In this document: piece by piece, positions 42,733 through 51,516 of the stretch
Layout of the letters: every line of letters begins with the position of its first letter
Position numbering within the stretch: position 1 is the stretch's first letter
DNA from: Vulcanimicrobiota bacterium
Lineage (GTDB): Bacteria > Vulcanimicrobiota > Vulcanimicrobiia > Vulcanimicrobiales > Vulcanimicrobiaceae
Direction: 5' to 3'
Assembly: GCA_963695225.1 (NCBI GenBank)
Contig: OY968762.1
Span: 1,056,001-1,120,000, forward strand
DNA length: 64,000 nt
The notes under the pieces: model-generated
Database searches by the model: none
Told to the model about the DNA's origin: nothing
The model's input: the letters and a program-made list of their open reading frames with translations, nothing else
Program-made: the position numbers and the translations under genes

Positions 42733-43809
42733 ATGCCGCACCGCCGAACGACCTTCAGCAAGTTCATTATCGAAGATCAGCGGAGCCGGCCGAACCCGGA
42801 CCCCGAGCTGACGGGGCTGCTCAACGACATCCAGACGGCGTGCAAGTTTATCGCCTCCGCCGTCTCGCGAGGCGCGCTCTATTACCCGCCGCGGTCCTCG
42901 ATGAGCGTCAACCCGTCCGGCGAGGATTACCGCAAGCTTGACGCGATCGCGAACGACATCATGCTCCGCGAGTGCGAATGGGGCGGGAAGCTCTGCGGCA
43001 TGTTGTTCGAAGGGATCGAAGAGCCGTACCGCATCCCCGCGTCGTATCCGCGCGGGCGCTATCTGCTCGCCTTCGATCCGCTCGAGGGCGCGGAGAGACT
43101 CGACGTCAACGACACGGTCGGGACGATCTTCTCCGTCCTGCGCGCCCCCGACGGCGTGACGGAACCGACGGCCGCACACTTTCTCCGGCCCGGAACGGAG
43201 CAGATCGCGGCCGGCTTCGCGCTCTACGGCCCGACCTCGATCATCGTGATCACGCTGGGGAACGGCGTGCACGGTTTCACGCTCGACCGCGAGATCGGCG
43301 CCTACACGCTGACGCATCCCAAGATGCGCATCCCCGAGGAGACGCGCGACATCGCGATCGACCCTTCGAACGAACGCACGTGGGAAGCGCCGATCCGGTA
43401 TTACGTCGATGAATGCATCCAGGGGAAGGCCGGGCTGCGCCAAGTCGATTTCAACATGCGCTGGGTGGATTCGCTCGTCGCCGAGGTCCACCGGCTGCTC
43501 GTGCGCGGTGGGCTCTTGATCTACCCGCAGGATATGCGAGATGGGTCCAAGCACGGCAGTCTGCACCTCTTATACGAGGCGAACCCGATCGCGCTGATCG
43601 TCGAACAGGCGGGCGGCCTCGCCTCGACCGGGCGCGGCCGCATCCTCGAGGCCGTCCCGTCGAGCGTGCAGCAGTGCGTCCCCGTGATCCTGGGTTCGGC
43701 TCGCGAGGCCGAGCGGCTTGTCCGCTATCACGAAACCGCCGACCGCGGCGAAGAGCTCAAGTTCAAGACGCCGCTCTTCAATACGCGCTCCCTCTTCCGC
43801 CCCGTCTGA
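42733..43809 (+). CDS. Class I fructose-1,6-bisphosphatase (CbbF-type) homologue with degenerate active site
   Basis: Scaffold motifs KLD, GTIFS, YGP, AEVHR, LLYEANP retained; DPLEGAER instead of DPLDGSSN; GAGGAG RBS. Confidence 0.8.
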   Translation: MPHRRTTFSKFIIEDQRSRPNPDPELTGLLNDIQTACKFIASAVSRGALYYPPRSSMSVNPSGEDYRKLDAIANDIMLRECEWGGKLCGMLFEGIEEPYRIPASYPRGRYLLAFDPLEGAERLDVNDTVGTIFSVLRAPDGVTEPTAAHFLRPGTEQIAAGFALYGPTSIIVITLGNGVHGFTLDREIGAYTLTHPKMRIPEETRDIAIDPSNERTWEAPIRYYVDECIQGKAGLRQVDFNMRWVDSLVAEVHRLLVRGGLLIYPQDMRDGSKHGSLHLLYEANPIALIVEQAGGLASTGRGRILEAVPSSVQQCVPVILGSAREAERLVRYHETADRGEELKFKTPLFNTRSLFRPV

Positions 43810-43831
43810 GAAGACAGAAAGCCAGGCGAAA

Positions 43832-44704
43832 TTGTCGGCAAAGCACCCAATCATCGCGATCACCGGATCGTCCGGTGCCGGCACGTCGACGGTCAAGAGC
43901 ACGTTCCAACAGATCTTTCGGCGCGAGAACGTCACGGCCGCAGTCGTCGAGGGAGACGCGTTCCACCGTTACAACCGGATCGAGATGCGCGCGCACCTCG
44001 CCGAGGCGCAGAGAGCCGGGCGGAGCCTCAGCCATTTCGGTCCGGAGGGGAACCTCTTCGAAGAACTCGAGGCCCTCTTTCGCGTGTACGGCGAACGCGG
44101 AACGGCGCAGACTCGCAAGTACCTCCACGACGATCAGGAAGCGGCGCCGTACGCACAGGAGCCCGGCACGTTCACGCCGTGGGAAGAGATCCCGCCGGGG
44201 ACGGATTTGCTGTTCTACGAGGGGCTGCACGGTGCCGTCGCGACGGAGACCGTCAACGTCGCCCGCTACGTCGATCTGCTGATCGGGGTCGTGCCGATCG
44301 TCAACTTGGAGTGGATCCAAAAGCTCCATCGCGACAAGACCGCACGCGGGCACTCGCAGGAGGCGATCGTCGATACGATCTTGCGCCGGATGCCCGACTA
44401 CGTGAACTACATCGTCCCGCAGTTTTCGCGCACGCACGTGAATTTTCAGCGCGTGCCGATCGTCGACACGTCGAATCCGTTCATCACGCGCACGATCCCG
44501 ACGCTCGACGAGAGCATGCTCGTCATCCGCTTCAGCAATCCGGCCGGGATCGATTTCCCCTACCTCCTCGCGATGCTGCACGACTCGTTCATGTCGCGCC
44601 CGAACACGATCGTCTGCCCGGGCGGGAAGATGGGACTCGCGATGCAGTTGATCTTCACCCCGATGATCTGGCAGTTGCTCGACCGAAAGAAACGGGCGCT
44701 CTAG
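43832..44704 (+). CDS. cbbP: Phosphoribulokinase (proteobacterial/CbbP type)
   Basis: SAKHPIIAITGSSGAGT, EGDAFHR, FYEGLHG, NLEWIQK.HRD, NFQRVP.VDTSNPF; TTG start. Confidence 0.92.
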   Translation: MSAKHPIIAITGSSGAGTSTVKSTFQQIFRRENVTAAVVEGDAFHRYNRIEMRAHLAEAQRAGRSLSHFGPEGNLFEELEALFRVYGERGTAQTRKYLHDDQEAAPYAQEPGTFTPWEEIPPGTDLLFYEGLHGAVATETVNVARYVDLLIGVVPIVNLEWIQKLHRDKTARGHSQEAIVDTILRRMPDYVNYIVPQFSRTHVNFQRVPIVDTSNPFITRTIPTLDESMLVIRFSNPAGIDFPYLLAMLHDSFMSRPNTIVCPGGKMGLAMQLIFTPMIWQLLDRKKRAL

Positions 44705-44774
44705 AGCCCCGTCGCCCTGAGCCTGCCCTCCTTACGATTGCGCGAGTTGCGCTCGCTCCGATCCGGATGACGCG

Positions 44775-45659
44775 CTAGCTTCCGGATTCCAGCGGGCGCT
44801 CCTCGGCTCGGATGGCGAGCGCGATCGCCGCTAGGATCACGAACGCGCCGATGGCCGCCGAAGGGGCCAGCCGTTCGCTGAACAGGATCGCGGCGAGGAC
44901 CGCCGCGATCAGTGGCTCGAGGAGCGTCGTCGTCGCGACGAGCGTCGGGCTGAGCGTTCGGACGGCGATGTTGAGCGCCGTGTGCCCGAAGAGTTGGGAA
45001 ATGAGCGCCATCGCGACGATGCCGCCCCAAGCCGTCGCATCCGCGAACGGAGGCGGAGCCTGTCCTGCGAGCAGCGCCGCGACGCCGAGCAACGCTGCCG
45101 CGAGCGGATACGTCCGCCCCACGATCGCAAGCGAATCGTAGCTCCGGTCTACGCCGCGCACGACGATCAGATAGGCGGCCCAGGCCCACGCGCCGGCGAC
45201 CGCGAGCGCGAGCCCGAGCGGTTTGTTCTCTCCCGTCGGGATGCCCACGACGATGGCGACGCCGATCAGCGCCGCGGCGATGCTCAGGATCACGTCAGGG
45301 CGCGCCCGTCGCGCGCGGAGCACCGCGTACGCTTCAGTCCAAATCGGCGCCGAGCAGACGAGCAGCGTCGAGATCGTGACGCTCGCAAACCGCAGCGACG
45401 AAATCCACGTCGCGAAATGCGCCGCGAGAATGATGCCCGCGAGCGCGAGCCGCCGTTCGCTCGCAAGCTCCCGCTCGCGATACCGGCCTAAGACGAACGC
45501 GATCGAGCCCACGATCGCGGCGGCGATCGCGAGCCGCAGTGCGGAAACGGCGAGCGGGCCGGCTCCGGTAAGCGCGTAGCGCGCGAAGATCGCTGCGGCA
45601 CCGACGGCGATTTGGCCGATCGCGAGCGGCACGATCGCGCGCGCAATCGACGGATTCAC
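44775..45659 (-). CDS. DMT/EamA family transporter
   Basis: About 10 TM helices; AAHFATWISSL, QLFGHT, LLEP; start uncertain. Confidence 0.8.
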   Translation of the reverse strand: MNPSIARAIVPLAIGQIAVGAAAIFARYALTGAGPLAVSALRLAIAAAIVGSIAFVLGRYRERELASERRLALAGIILAAHFATWISSLRFASVTISTLLVCSAPIWTEAYAVLRARRARPDVILSIAAALIGVAIVVGIPTGENKPLGLALAVAGAWAWAAYLIVVRGVDRSYDSLAIVGRTYPLAAALLGVAALLAGQAPPPFADATAWGGIVAMALISQLFGHTALNIAVRTLSPTLVATTTLLEPLIAAVLAAILFSERLAPSAAIGAFVILAAIALAIRAEERPLESGS

Positions 45660-45809
45660 GAATTCCGGATTTAGCGCGGCGCACGTGGACGACCTCCCCC
45701 GAGCGGCGTGAACCCTCCGGGCTTCAGTACGGCGGCGCCGGCGCACCCGCGAGGCCCTGCGACGTCCAAGAAGCGGAATTGCTCCGGACGCCGCCTTGCG
45801 GGGGGAACC

Positions 45810-46217
45810 ATGCGCACGATCTTTCTATGGGTCTATACGGGATTGTTGTTCTTCGCCTTCATCGGATCGGGAGCCGCGAAGCTCACCGGCCAGGCCGTCA
45901 TGCTGGAACAATTCCGCAGCTTCGAATATCCGCTGTGGTTCATGTACGTGACGGGTGCGATCGAGTTCGCGTGCGCGATCGTCGTCTTGATTCCGCGCTA
46001 CGCGCACGTCGGAGCCGGTATCTTGGCGTGCGTGATGGCCGGTGCGGTCGTCTCGCACGTAGCGCACGGGCAGCTCACGCTGGTCGTGCCCCCTATCCTC
46101 CTGCTGATCCTCGCGCTCGTGGTCGGCACGTTGCGGGATTGGGGAAGAGCGCGGCCGGCGGGCTCCGGGCTCGGGCGGGATTCCTCGCTTCGCCCCTCTA
46201 ACGACTCGACGTTGTGA
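45810..46217 (+). CDS. DoxX-like membrane protein
   Basis: SGAAKL, YPLWFMYVTGAIE, MAGAVVSH. Confidence 0.75.
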   Translation: MRTIFLWVYTGLLFFAFIGSGAAKLTGQAVMLEQFRSFEYPLWFMYVTGAIEFACAIVVLIPRYAHVGAGILACVMAGAVVSHVAHGQLTLVVPPILLLILALVVGTLRDWGRARPAGSGLGRDSSLRPSNDSTL

Positions 46218-46786
46218 GCCTCAAACGCCGTTCATTCGCCGCTCTCGCCCTCTCGCTGCTGCTGCTGGCCGCCGCCTCCCCGTTCGCTCCGGCAAGCGCC
46301 GCGACGTCGGGGACCCGCGTGCGGATCGTCACGCAGTTCGGCGACATCGTCGTCGTCCTCAACGATAAGCAGGCGCCCGTCACGACCGCGAACTTCCTGC
46401 ACTACGTCGATGCGAAGTTCTACGACGGAGGCTCCTTCTTTCGATCCGTTCCGGGCTTCGTGATTCAAGGCGGAAACCGCCCGCGTGAGAACGACGCAAC
46501 GGACACGCGCATCCGGCTCGAACCGCCCGCGCTCACGCGCGTGAAGAACGTGGACGGCGCGATCTCGATGGCGCGGACGACCGATCCGAATTCCGCGACC
46601 TCGGAGTTCTTCATCTGCGACGGCGATCAGCCGTTCTTGGACGGCTCCGGGACGAATCCGGGATACGCGGCGTTCGGGCACGTCGCCTCCGGCATGGACG
46701 TCGTTCGCAAGATCGCGCGCCTGCCCGCGCAGCAGCAGATGCTCTTGACGCCCGTCGCGATCGTCAGAATCGAACGCGTTCGCTAA
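46214..46786 (+). CDS. Exported cyclophilin-type peptidyl-prolyl isomerase
   Basis: APVTTANF, FYDG..F, FVIQGG, SMAR, SATSEFFI, YAAFG. Confidence 0.88.
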   Translation: MSLKRRSFAALALSLLLLAAASPFAPASAATSGTRVRIVTQFGDIVVVLNDKQAPVTTANFLHYVDAKFYDGGSFFRSVPGFVIQGGNRPRENDATDTRIRLEPPALTRVKNVDGAISMARTTDPNSATSEFFICDGDQPFLDGSGTNPGYAAFGHVASGMDVVRKIARLPAQQQMLLTPVAIVRIERVR

Positions 46787-46840
46787 CTCCGCGTCGCGCG
46801 GATGCTTTTTGACTCGCGCTGCGCGCTCGGATGGGAAATA

Positions 46841-46869
46841 AGAAAGCCCCTACCACGTAGGGGCTTTCT
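46841..46869. terminator. Intrinsic terminator between convergent genes
   Basis: AGAAAGCCCCTAC-cac-GTAGGGGCTTTCT; T-rich tail on the minus strand. Confidence 0.8.
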
Positions 46870-46894
46870 GGTACCTAGGAACTCCGGTTGGAGA

Positions 46895-47263
46895 CTAAAT
46901 GGGGCGCGTGTTCGGCGAGCTATGGTTCGTCGTATTGCCGAGGTTCGTCTTGCCCGTCCCTCTGACGTACGCGGTGTTCGGATTGTATTCCGGAATGCCC
47001 TGATAGTGTCCGGCTTTGCGCGAGATTTCACGCCAGAACTGAATCGGGTTAACCGAGGTGATCTGTTGCGTCGTTCCTTGCGACGATGAACCGTTGCAGC
47101 CGTAGCACTGCGGCGGGCCCTGCGGCTCCGCGGCTACCGTCGTCGTGGCGGCAGGCTGGGCGGTGCTTATCCCCGGCTGCAAAAGGAGTAAAGCACTGAG
47201 TCCTACGATCATCGCTCCGCCGATGGCGAAGGTCCCTTTTACTGCTGGGATACGGCCTTGCAT
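46895..47263 (-). CDS. Orphan secreted protein with CxxC
   Basis: AAGGAG RBS, signal peptide, own terminator; atypical codon usage. Confidence 0.6.
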   Translation of the reverse strand: MQGRIPAVKGTFAIGGAMIVGLSALLLLQPGISTAQPAATTTVAAEPQGPPQCYGCNGSSSQGTTQQITSVNPIQFWREISRKAGHYQGIPEYNPNTAYVRGTGKTNLGNTTNHSSPNTRPI

Positions 47264-47417
47264 TGTCTTCTCCTTACGAGAGGATCGTGGTACGAGAACG
47301 CTTCTCTAAAATGCGCCCCTTCCCTCGGCCCCGCAAGGGAAAAAGCCGCAGCGCAGAGGCTTTCGAAAAGCTAGTAACTTTTAGGTATTCCTAGATACTT
47401 TTCAAGGGACACCGCGT

Positions 47418-47723
47418 TCACAGGAGGTCTGCATTCTCGTCGAGGATCGTTTCGAGCACGGCGCGCGCATCTTCGTCGAGCGAGACGCACGTTCCGAGCG
47501 CCTCCACCAGCATCAAGAACTCGGAGAGGCGGAGGACGAACGCGCGCCAAGCACGCTGCTCCCCCGGCCGCGAAGCCAGGGCAGCGAGGTACTGCCGGCG
47601 CACGGACTCTCCGGACTCGCGCAGCGCGGCGTCGCCGTAGCGTTCCAGACGGTCGAGACAGGCGGCGATTTCGGCATAGGAGCCTTGCGCCTCGGGCGGG
47701 ATGGCGACGAGCGTGCCGATCAT
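47418..47723 (-). CDS. Hypothetical helical protein (101 aa) coupled to the MFS gene
   Basis: ATGA overlap with the MFS stop. Confidence 0.55.
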   Translation of the reverse strand: MIGTLVAIPPEAQGSYAEIAACLDRLERYGDAALRESGESVRRQYLAALASRPGEQRAWRAFVLRLSEFLMLVEALGTCVSLDEDARAVLETILDENADLL

Positions 47724-49258
47724 GCTGCCGCCAACTCGATCTTGCGGCCGGGCTCGGGGCGCGGCATTACGAGCACCAACGGGATCAAGCAGAAGATCAT
47801 GATCCCCAACAGGTTGTTGACGTCGGCGAAGCCGAGGGCCGCGGCCTGCAACTGGACCTCTCCGAAGAACTGAGCGAGCGGCGCGTGGTGCGCGATCGCA
47901 CCGGCGATCCCGGGCCGGCTCAGAGCCACGGTGCCGGCCAGATCCGAAAGCCGCACGGCGATCCGGTGATCGAGGAGCGTCACGAGGAGCGCCGTCGAAA
48001 TCGAGCCGCCGAGTTGGATCGCGAGGGCGAAGAGCGAACTCGCTTTCGGGCCCTCCGATTCCGGGACGCCGCCCATGATCGCGATCGATAGCGGTATCAT
48101 CACGAAGGCAATCCCGATTCCGCCCAGGATCATCGAAGGAACGAGCGCGGAGAAATCGGTGACCGGCGTCGTGACGCTGCCTTGCATCTGCTGCGACATG
48201 CCCAGCATCACGAGGCCGCCTCCGATGATCCAGCGGGCGTCTGCGCCGCGCATCACGAGGGCGGCGGCGACGGGCGTGAACAAACCGATGCAGACGGCGC
48301 GCACGAAGATCAACTCGCCGCTGAGCGTCGCGGTGAAACCGAGCACGCCTTGGACGTACTGCGGCAGGATCACGAGCGCCCCATAGAGGCTTGCGCCGGC
48401 GGCGAGCGCGATGACGAATCCCGACCCCATCGCCCGGTACCGGAACACCGAGAGATCGACGATCGGGCTCTTCACGTGCAGTTCCCAGGCGACGAACGTG
48501 ACGATTCCGGCGACGGCCGCGATCGAACCGGCGACGATCGAGGTATCGCTGAACCAATCGTTGCGTTCGCCCTGCTCGAGCACGTACTGCAATGCACCGA
48601 GCCCCACGATGAGAGAAACCAAGCCGAGCGTATCGAACTCGCCCGGCGGCTCGCCCTGCGGGTTACGCATGTATGCGAGGACGATCGCGGTCGCGAGGAT
48701 CCCCGGAACGAGGTTGATGTAGAAAATGTAGTTCCACGAGAAGTTGTCGGTCAGCCAGCCGCCCAACGTCGGGCCGAAGCACGGCCCGGCGATCGCGCCG
48801 ATCGCGAACAGCCCCTGGCTGACGCCGAGCCGTTCCGGCCCGAAGACGTCGTTGAGCGCGGCTTGCCCCGTCGCGACGAGCCCGCCGCCGAAGAGACCTT
48901 GCACGACGCGCCAGAAGACGAGCATCCAGATCGAGGTCGAGAGAGCGCACCCGATCGAAGCGAGCGTGAACCCCGCGATGCCGGCTGCGTAGTATGCGCG
49001 CCGGCCGCAGCGCCGCTGGAGCCACGGCGTCAGCGGAATCACGATGACGGCAGCGACGATGTAACCGGTGATGACCCACGCGCCTTCGCTCGTGGTGGCG
49101 CCGAGGTTCCCCTGCACGATGGGGAGCGCGACGTTCACGATCGTCGTGTCGAGCGTCTGCATGAGCGTCGCGAGCATGATGCCGATCGTGATGACGACGA
49201 GCCGTGCACCCGTCTCCTGCAAGTTGGTATTTGAGAGAGCTGCCGCCTGTTTATCCAT
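47720..49258 (-). CDS. DHA2/EmrB-family MFS efflux pump
   Basis: LDTTIVNVALP, GPTLGGWL, W.YIFYIN.VPG, LEQGERNDWF. Confidence 0.9.
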   Translation of the reverse strand: MDKQAAALSNTNLQETGARLVVITIGIMLATLMQTLDTTIVNVALPIVQGNLGATTSEGAWVITGYIVAAVIVIPLTPWLQRRCGRRAYYAAGIAGFTLASIGCALSTSIWMLVFWRVVQGLFGGGLVATGQAALNDVFGPERLGVSQGLFAIGAIAGPCFGPTLGGWLTDNFSWNYIFYINLVPGILATAIVLAYMRNPQGEPPGEFDTLGLVSLIVGLGALQYVLEQGERNDWFSDTSIVAGSIAAVAGIVTFVAWELHVKSPIVDLSVFRYRAMGSGFVIALAAGASLYGALVILPQYVQGVLGFTATLSGELIFVRAVCIGLFTPVAAALVMRGADARWIIGGGLVMLGMSQQMQGSVTTPVTDFSALVPSMILGGIGIAFVMIPLSIAIMGGVPESEGPKASSLFALAIQLGGSISTALLVTLLDHRIAVRLSDLAGTVALSRPGIAGAIAHHAPLAQFFGEVQLQAAALGFADVNNLLGIMIFCLIPLVLVMPRPEPGRKIELAAA

Positions 49259-49263
49259 CTATA

Positions 49264-49302
49264 ATGGTAACTTTCCTGAGAGTTTCGCAGGGATATTACC
49301 AT
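49264..49302. promoter_or_regulatory. Symmetric divergent promoter/operator
   Basis: ATGGTAA...CCTG...CAGG...TTACCAT inverted repeat; each end is a TACCAT -10-like box. Confidence 0.5.
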
Positions 49303-49322
49303 ACCAGCGGAACGAATGTCGC

Positions 49323-50063
49323 GTGGCATACGAGGTAACTAAGACGATCAAGGGCCGCGACTATCGGTACCGCGTCGAGTCCACGCGCGACCCCGCCACC
49401 GGTGCGCGGAGCGTGACCTGGAAATATCTCGGGCGCGTCGACGCGGCATCCCACGATGTCGTCGCGCCGCGCCGGCGCGCGCGGGAGAGCGTGCGCGAAC
49501 GCGTCGCGCGCGCAAGCCTGAAACTGCTCGAGAGCCGCCATCCCGATCACTTGACGGTCGCCGTCATCGCAAGAGAGGCCGGCATCTCCCCGGCGACGTT
49601 CTACCGCCATATTGGGACGCGGGGCAATGCGTTGAGCATGGGGCTCGCCAAGCACATCGATTCGTTGCTCGCGGAGTTCTCGGCCCTCGCGGACCCGATC
49701 GGCACGGCCCCGCAGGAACGCCGGCGTTTCCGGAGCTGGATCGAAAGGTTACGGCAGCGCGTCGCCGCGCGACCGCGGCTCCTGTACGCGCTCCCGATCG
49801 TGGAGGCCGAACTCGGCTTCGCGGCCGAAATCGCGAGCCGTCAACAGCGCGGGCGCGCGAAGATCGCAGACTATCTCGAGCGCCTGCAAGCGGCAGGCGT
49901 CATCCACATCGGCGCGCCGCGCCGGTTAGCCGGCGGCATCACGATCGCACTCGAAGGCCTGTTCGTGCTCGCCGCCCGGGGCATGCGCAAAATGGACGAC
50001 GAACTCTTCGCCGAGACTACGGAACTCCTCGACGGCGCGATCTTCGGTAGCCCGCCGCGCTGA
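49323..50063 (+). CDS. TetR-family regulator with extra N-terminal beta domain
   Basis: HTH LTVAVIAREAGISPATFYRH; N-terminal YEVTKTIKGRDYRYRVES...YLGR. Confidence 0.8.
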   Translation: MAYEVTKTIKGRDYRYRVESTRDPATGARSVTWKYLGRVDAASHDVVAPRRRARESVRERVARASLKLLESRHPDHLTVAVIAREAGISPATFYRHIGTRGNALSMGLAKHIDSLLAEFSALADPIGTAPQERRRFRSWIERLRQRVAARPRLLYALPIVEAELGFAAEIASRQQRGRAKIADYLERLQAAGVIHIGAPRRLAGGITIALEGLFVLAARGMRKMDDELFAETTELLDGAIFGSPPR

Positions 50064-50122
50064 GCCGCCCCGAGCACGCGTGACCGTAGCGCACGCGCGA
50101 ACGCGGTTACCGCTCGCTCGGG

Positions 50123-50151
50123 TTGACGCGCAGCGCAGACCATGTTATCGT
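50123..50151 (+). promoter_or_regulatory. Sigma70-type promoter
   Basis: TTGACG-17 nt-TATCGT with extended TG. Confidence 0.6.
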
Positions 50152-50158
50152 CACGACG

Positions 50159-50221
50159 ATGAGCTTTCAAAACGCGCTATGTACCCGTCTGTGTTCCAAC
50201 GTTCCACCGAGGGCGGCGTAG
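50159..50221 (+). CDS. Putative leaderless leader peptide MSFQNALCTRLCSNVPPRAA
   Basis: ATG 7 nt after the -10 box; 20 codons including two TGT Cys; followed by a hairpin. Confidence 0.45.
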   Translation: MSFQNALCTRLCSNVPPRAA

Positions 50222-50257
50222 CGGCGTAACTTCACTCGCAATCATATGCGATCGTTG

Positions 50258-50289
50258 AGAAGCCCCCGCCGGTCCGGCGGGGGCTTCTT
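50258..50289 (+). terminator. Terminator/attenuator hairpin
   Basis: AGAAGCCCCCGCCG-gtc-CGGCGGGGGCTTCT followed by T. Confidence 0.7.
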
Positions 50290-50479
50290 ACGTTCGCCTT
50301 GCCGACGTAACGGGCTCCATCCGGAACGTCGGCATTCTCACGCGTTACGGAGCGCGGAGATTCAACCTGTTCGCGATTAGACGAAATGGAGCGTAATCGC
50401 AACTCAGCTTGGAGTCTGCGCGAGAGCGTGCGTTCGAAATGCTCAGTATTCGCAAAGACCCATCATGAGGTAGATCGAC

Positions 50480-51349
50480 GTGACTCGGAAGCTCCTGTCT
50501 GCACTCGGCCTAGCCGCGGCAGCACTCTTACTCGTCATCGGGAAAGCCGATGCCATCCCCACCGAACTCGAGGGCCAGGCCGGCGGCGGCCTGACGCCAT
50601 GGGCTCTCTTGGCGCCGAGCGCGCCCCTCGTTTCGTATACGAACCTAAAGACGAACGATTATCAATTCCAGAACATCGCAATCGGCGGGACGCTCTGGAA
50701 GCGCCTCGAGCTGAGCTACAGCTCGCAGCTCCTCGACGCGCCGACCGTCGGGACGGCGCTGTCGCTGGACGAGCGCATCGACCAGACCGTCATCGGCGCG
50801 AAGTTCAAGCTCCTCGACGCGAAGGCCAAGAGCTGGGTTCCGGCGCTCGCCGTCGGCCTGCAAGCGAAGTCAGCCACCGGATCGATCCTCGACGCGCTCA
50901 AGGCCGCGGGCGCCATCAGCGATAAGTCCGGGACCGATTTCTATCTCTCCGCCACCAAGATCTTCGGAGTGAACGGCACGAACGTCGTTCTGAACGGCAC
51001 GCTGCGCGCCACGAAGGCGAATCAATTCGGCTTGCTGGGCTTCGGCGGCGGCACCAACGGCAACAACGACTACAAGCTCGAGCCGGAGTTCACGCTCGGC
51101 GGCTTCGTCGCGGATAACGTCGCGGTCGGCGGCGAATACCGCATCAGGCCGAACAACATCAGCAGCGCGGCGTTCGGCATCAAGGAGACGGGCGCGCAGG
51201 ATCTCTGGATCGCCTACTTCCCGAACCCGCATTACGCCGTTACCGCGGCGTACGTGGACCTCGGGCAAGTCGGCCCTTCGCGCAAGGCCGTTCCCGCGAT
51301 CGGCAGCACGCAGGACGGCTTGTACCTGCAATTGCAGGCGAACTTCTAA
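50480..51349 (+). CDS. DUF3034-family exported (probable beta-barrel) protein
   Basis: LEGQAGGGLTPWA, TDFYLSATK, LRATKANQFGLLGFGG, C-terminal YLQLQANF. Confidence 0.75.
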   Translation: MTRKLLSALGLAAAALLLVIGKADAIPTELEGQAGGGLTPWALLAPSAPLVSYTNLKTNDYQFQNIAIGGTLWKRLELSYSSQLLDAPTVGTALSLDERIDQTVIGAKFKLLDAKAKSWVPALAVGLQAKSATGSILDALKAAGAISDKSGTDFYLSATKIFGVNGTNVVLNGTLRATKANQFGLLGFGGGTNGNNDYKLEPEFTLGGFVADNVAVGGEYRIRPNNISSAAFGIKETGAQDLWIAYFPNPHYAVTAAYVDLGQVGPSRKAVPAIGSTQDGLYLQLQANF

Positions 51350-51516
51350 CGTCGTCAGGCCGCCGTCATCCGCGCTCCGGCGGCGCGGGTGACGGGCCAT
51401 CCGAACTACCGACGACGCGTGCGCGGCGCGATGCCGGAGGGTCCATCGTGCTGCTTCCGTAAGGTACGCTCCGGTCCGCTCGATAACAGGCGCCCGCTTC
51501 GTGGAGGTTGCGTCAC

